Origin: Planctomycetota bacterium
GTDB taxonomy: Bacteria > Planctomycetota > GCA-002687715 > DRQF01
DNA length: 39,000 nucleotides
Direction: 5' to 3'
Assembly: GCA_036479435.1 (NCBI GenBank)
Contig: JAZGFI010000249.1
Location: 1-39,000, forward strand
A program made the translations under genes and the position numbers. Below, one piece after another: positions 35,872 to 39,000 of this stretch (positions are counted from its first letter, which is position 1; every line of letters begins with the position of its first letter). The notes beneath the pieces are model-generated. The model was given only the letters and a program-made list of their open reading frames with translations, made no database searches and was not told the origin of the DNA.

Positions 35872-36717
35872 GTGGGAGAATTAGGTCTGACTCCGAATGG
35901 CAATGAGACCACGCCGCCCTCAGACGGTTCGTTTGGGGATGATCTCGCGAAGTTCTACGAGTCCTCTTTGGTGCCGCTCATCTTCAAGCCCTTCGCGGCA
36001 GATATTGCCAAGCGGGCGGCGGAGTTGCAGCCTTGTACAATCTTGGAAGTTGCCTGCGGCACCGGGGTCGCCACGCGCGCGCTTGCGACGGCACTTTCTA
36101 CAGAGTGCGACCTCACTGCGACGGATCTCAGCGAGGCGATGATCGCCCACGCTAAGATCGTGGGCACTCCGCGGGCAGTAAGCTGGCGACAGGCGGACGC
36201 CGCAGCCTTGCCCTACGACGATTCTTCTTTCGACTTGGTGGTTTGCCAGTTCGGGGTCATGTTTTTTTCAGATCGCGAGGCCGCCTATCGCGAGATCAAG
36301 CGAGTGCTGCGTCCGGGCGGCACATTTTTGTTCAGCCTATGGAATGCAGTTGAGCACAATGACTTCGCAGGATTGGTGGTCGCCGCTACGGACAGTCTGT
36401 TTGCGGACGACCCTCCGGTGTTTTTGGCCCGCACGCCGCACGGGCATAGCTGCCCCGAAGAGATTCGATCCGAATTGAGAGCCGCTGGTTTTGGGACTTG
36501 CAAGTTGGATCAGCGGCGCGAAGTCAGCCAATCAGTAAGCCCGGAGTTTGCCGCAACCGCTTACTGCCACGGCACTCCTTTGCGCAATGAGATTGAGGCC
36601 CGTCGCCCGAACGGACTCGCCGAGGTGACGGCTACCATTGCCGCCGCGTTTCGATCACGGTATGGCGATGGACACTTCGAGGGCAAAACGAGCGCAGTCG
36701 TCGTTTCGGCCCGCTAA
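35872..36717 (+). CDS. Class I SAM-dependent methyltransferase (UbiE-like)
   Basis: YESSLVPLIF, ILEVACGTG, ATDLSEAM, LPYDDSSFDLVVCQFGVMFF, RVLRPGG; start codon uncertain. Confidence 0.88.
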   Translation: MGELGLTPNGNETTPPSDGSFGDDLAKFYESSLVPLIFKPFAADIAKRAAELQPCTILEVACGTGVATRALATALSTECDLTATDLSEAMIAHAKIVGTPRAVSWRQADAAALPYDDSSFDLVVCQFGVMFFSDREAAYREIKRVLRPGGTFLFSLWNAVEHNDFAGLVVAATDSLFADDPPVFLARTPHGHSCPEEIRSELRAAGFGTCKLDQRREVSQSVSPEFAATAYCHGTPLRNEIEARRPNGLAEVTATIAAAFRSRYGDGHFEGKTSAVVVSAR

Positions 36718-36796
36718 GACAGCGCGACTGCGACTGGACGCCTTTGCAGTTGCAGACCATGATGGTGACCCGTGGTCTTTAGAAAGAGAGAAGCCG

Positions 36797-37222
36797 GTGC
36801 CCCGTATTCTTGCCTTAGCCTTGCTTGTCGCCGCTATGACTTCATGCTCAAGACCTGTCGTCAGCGAGAACGTTGCGGATGAAGAGCTGCAAGCCGCACA
36901 CCGCATCGTTGTCATCTATACGCCCGGCTGAGGCGCTGGTCCCCTCGCGGTCGCGAGGATCAAGGCGATAGCTCTTCAGCACTCCATTGCCGTTGAAGTT
37001 GAATCACGGGTCCTGAAGACGGAATCCGAAATTGACGAGAGCTACAAAGGCAGCCCATCGATTCTCATGAACGGCATGGACCTTGAGCCTGCCGCACGCG
37101 ATCGCTTAGTGGAGGGTTTTTGCTGACGCGTTTATCCAGGCTCTCAGCCTGGAGCTCCCGGGGTACCCGGAGACGCCATGATCGAAGCTGGATTTCGCGA
37201 AATGGCTTGGCTACTCGATTGA
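36797..37222 (+). CDS. Putative thioredoxin-fold lipoprotein with two selenocysteines (U45, U110), 141 aa
   Basis: GTG 36797 after a purine-rich RBS; lipobox AAMTS-C; in-frame TGA at 36929 and 37124; intervening YKGSPSILMNGMDLEP and downstream RVY...GVP...MIEAGF match a family with Y..GC and G..CR.Y; hairpins follow both TGAs. Confidence 0.8.
36934..36967 (+). promoter_or_regulatory. Candidate bacterial SECIS element for TGA 36929
   Basis: cctcgc-GGTC-gcgagg stem starts 11 nt after the TGA; lower stem tggt/atca with a CC bulge. Confidence 0.7.
37135..37172 (+). promoter_or_regulatory. Tandem hairpins after TGA 37124; candidate second SECIS
   Basis: tccaggct-ctc-agcctgga (8 bp) then ctcccggg-gta-cccggag. 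Confidence 0.5.
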
Positions 37223-37258
37223 GTCAGCAACGACTCACTGCCTCAATTGACCAGTTCT

Positions 37259-38372
37259 TCACTCAACGACTTCGAATCCTTCAAAGCTAGCATCCAGCGT
37301 CGGCGCAAAAGCATCCGCGGTAGCCACCGCTTTTAAGAATTCCTTCAAATGATCGAGCCGGACTCGTCGGCTGAACTCCAGGCTCCAAGATTTCTCGCCG
37401 TCCGAATTCTCACTGGCTTCCGCTTCCTCGAGTTTATATCCCGCTTTCTCGGCGCGCATTTTGATCGCCTCAAAGGCGGCTTTCGTCGAAGCCGAAAAAG
37501 AGAACACGATCTTGCGTCGCACGTTGATCCGCAGGCTATTGCGACGATATCTGGCCAAGGCCCGTATGACGGATGCGTCAAGTTGAATGACGCGTTCGGC
37601 GAGACAGGCCTTCAAAATTGGAGCTTCTTCGATTTCAACGACTCCCTCCTTGGCGCGGCCTAAAACCCTCGCCAAGTACCCACTGGCAGGAGCCAGAACC
37701 CCGAAGTGACCAATCTTCGGCACGACGAGCACTTTGAGTTTTGGATTTCGATTGTGTCGTTGCATAAGCCTCGCATCGCCGGAGTTGCCCCAAACCCCCT
37801 CGATGACCAGGGTGGGAGACTTGATGTGCGGCAGGAATCTAATCGGGGCGCGAAGGTCGCTCTCTTGGTGGTCTTCAACGTCAAACTTGCAATCTTCGGG
37901 TCCGTAGCCGTCGGCCCTCGCAACCGGACCAAAGGCGACGACCTGCTTGAAGATGTCCGTGGCGCCAGCGACTAAAAGCACCAGCGTGCCACCGGTGCTG
38001 TGACCGCCGAGATAGATCCGGTCAGGGTCGACACCCTTAAGACCCTTCAAGAACTGACCCGCAGCAACGACGTCTTCGACTTCGCCGTAGAAAGACTCTT
38101 GCTGCCACGGATTGCCGGCGCTTCCGCGGAGAGCGGGATACATCGTGATGAAACCGGCCTCGCGAAATGCGCGCGCCGACTAATCGTTGCCGCGTGGTCT
38201 GGGCCGCCAAATCCCAGCGCCGTACCCGCCGGCGTGTTCAGCGACAATTAGAACTTCCCAACGCGACTCATGCGCCAGGAGGATTCCCCGTTAGCAACCA
38301 TACGATTGCGGGGTGTTTCTTCTCGCTGTTCTTCGGAGCGACACCAACAGGGATCAGTCCAAACTTGCTCAT
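37259..38372 (-). pseudogene. Alpha/beta hydrolase (prolyl oligopeptidase-like) fused to an RraB-like domain, with a disrupted 5' end
   Basis: Intact 37259-38143 part has GHSTGG nucleophile elbow and GHF. Upstream in-frame TAG at 38180-38182 (GND*SARAFREAG) and an out-of-frame fragment KKHPAIVWLLTG within 38268-38372. Confidence 0.7.
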
Positions 38373-38459
38373 GAGTTTTCCACCTTGTGTTGCCTGAACT
38401 TGACCTGTCGCGCATCTTGCTTGGAAACTGGACGAAGTGAACGATCAGGAGCCTTCATC

Positions 38460-38831
38460 ATGATCAAACTGGCGATACCGGTCCTGCATGTCGCGTCCTC
38501 CGCCGCGGCGGAGGAATTCTACGGCGGCAAGCTGGGCTTTCGAAAGCACTTCTCCTATCGAGCCGACGACTCGAAGACCGACCCCTGCTACATGGGTTTT
38601 CGGCGAGACGAGGCTTTTCTTCATTTGTCGTCGTTTCCCGGCGATGGCGTTGCAGGGTGCGCTGTCTACTTGGTGGTCGAAGATGTGGACGCAATCTATC
38701 GGGAGATCATGGCCAAGGGACTGACGATCGCTCAAGAACCCGTCGATCAGACATGGGGGAACCGCGAGCTTTACGTTGAGGATGCGGATGGGAATAGCAT
38801 CCGCTTCGTGCAGGAGAAGATGGAAGGATGA
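38460..38831 (+). CDS. VOC/glyoxalase (bleomycin-resistance-like) protein
   Basis: ATG 38460 after AGGAG; AIPVLHV, EFYGGKLGF, VEDVDA, DQTWGNRELYVEDADGNSIRF. Confidence 0.9.
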   Translation: MIKLAIPVLHVASSAAAEEFYGGKLGFRKHFSYRADDSKTDPCYMGFRRDEAFLHLSSFPGDGVAGCAVYLVVEDVDAIYREIMAKGLTIAQEPVDQTWGNRELYVEDADGNSIRFVQEKMEG

Positions 38832-38835
38832 AGGC

Positions 38836-38883
38836 AGTTAGGTGGGAGAAAAGTGTCTGACCTAGAAAAGCGGGAGAATTTAG
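38836..38883. repeat. Degenerate GTGGGAGAA..GTCTGAC element, related to 35866-35901
   Basis: 21/30 ungapped identity between 35872-35901 and 38842-38871; partial extra copy gcgggagaatt at 38870. Confidence 0.5.
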
Positions 38884-39000
38884 TCGTCGGGTAGACCAGG
38901 GAGATTTTTCTCCCCAGCCCCCCACAGATCCGGACGTGCGCGATTGACGCATCCGGCTCCTCGTTAGACGGGTTCGCTAAGTGATGAGGACCGAGTGGAC

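Noticed and set aside
36638..36931. 97-aa ORF from the track as a real gene
   Set aside because: Its first 53 codons overlap the methyltransferase end and the intergenic gap; only the part from GTG 36797 is the N-terminus of the Sec lipoprotein.
37220..37240. Third TGA of the selenoprotein as another Sec codon
   Set aside because: The family pattern ends here, the small hairpin overlaps the codon instead of lying about 11 nt downstream, and read-through would run into the convergent gene.
38180..38182. Amber (TAG) read-through or alternative genetic code (also 11387-11389)
   Set aside because: The two ambers replace different residues (likely Gln and Tyr), both lie in frameshifted genes, and TAG is the normal stop of dxs, trmB and hpnG.

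Overview
GC-rich bacterial window, probably from a Planctomycetota-type genome (inferred from secreted HEAT-repeat and carboxypeptidase-regulatory-like repeat proteins and ECF/zinc anti-sigma genes). It carries a hopanoid/isoprenoid locus split in two (hpnC-hpnD-hpnE at 4.2-7.5 kb; shc-hpnG divergent from ispH-dxs at 16.9-23.0 kb). Between the halves lie a secreted PL26/YetA-like protein and a 4-hydroxyproline catabolic operon whose last two genes (deaminase and KGSA dehydrogenase) survive only as one deletion-fused pseudogene. Further on are tRNA-Leu(TAG), a long-form trmB, several secreted proteins, an ECF sigma/anti-sigma pair, and an accessory region at 35-39 kb. The main finding is missed by the ORF track: a 141-aa thioredoxin-fold lipoprotein at 36797-37222 (+) with two in-frame TGA codons. 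Both fall where this family normally has Cys (YTPG-U and GFC-U-RVY) and both are followed by hairpins, the first a good bacterial SECIS candidate. It is a putative membrane-anchored double-selenocysteine protein. All family assignments are by motif recognition from memory; no searches were run.
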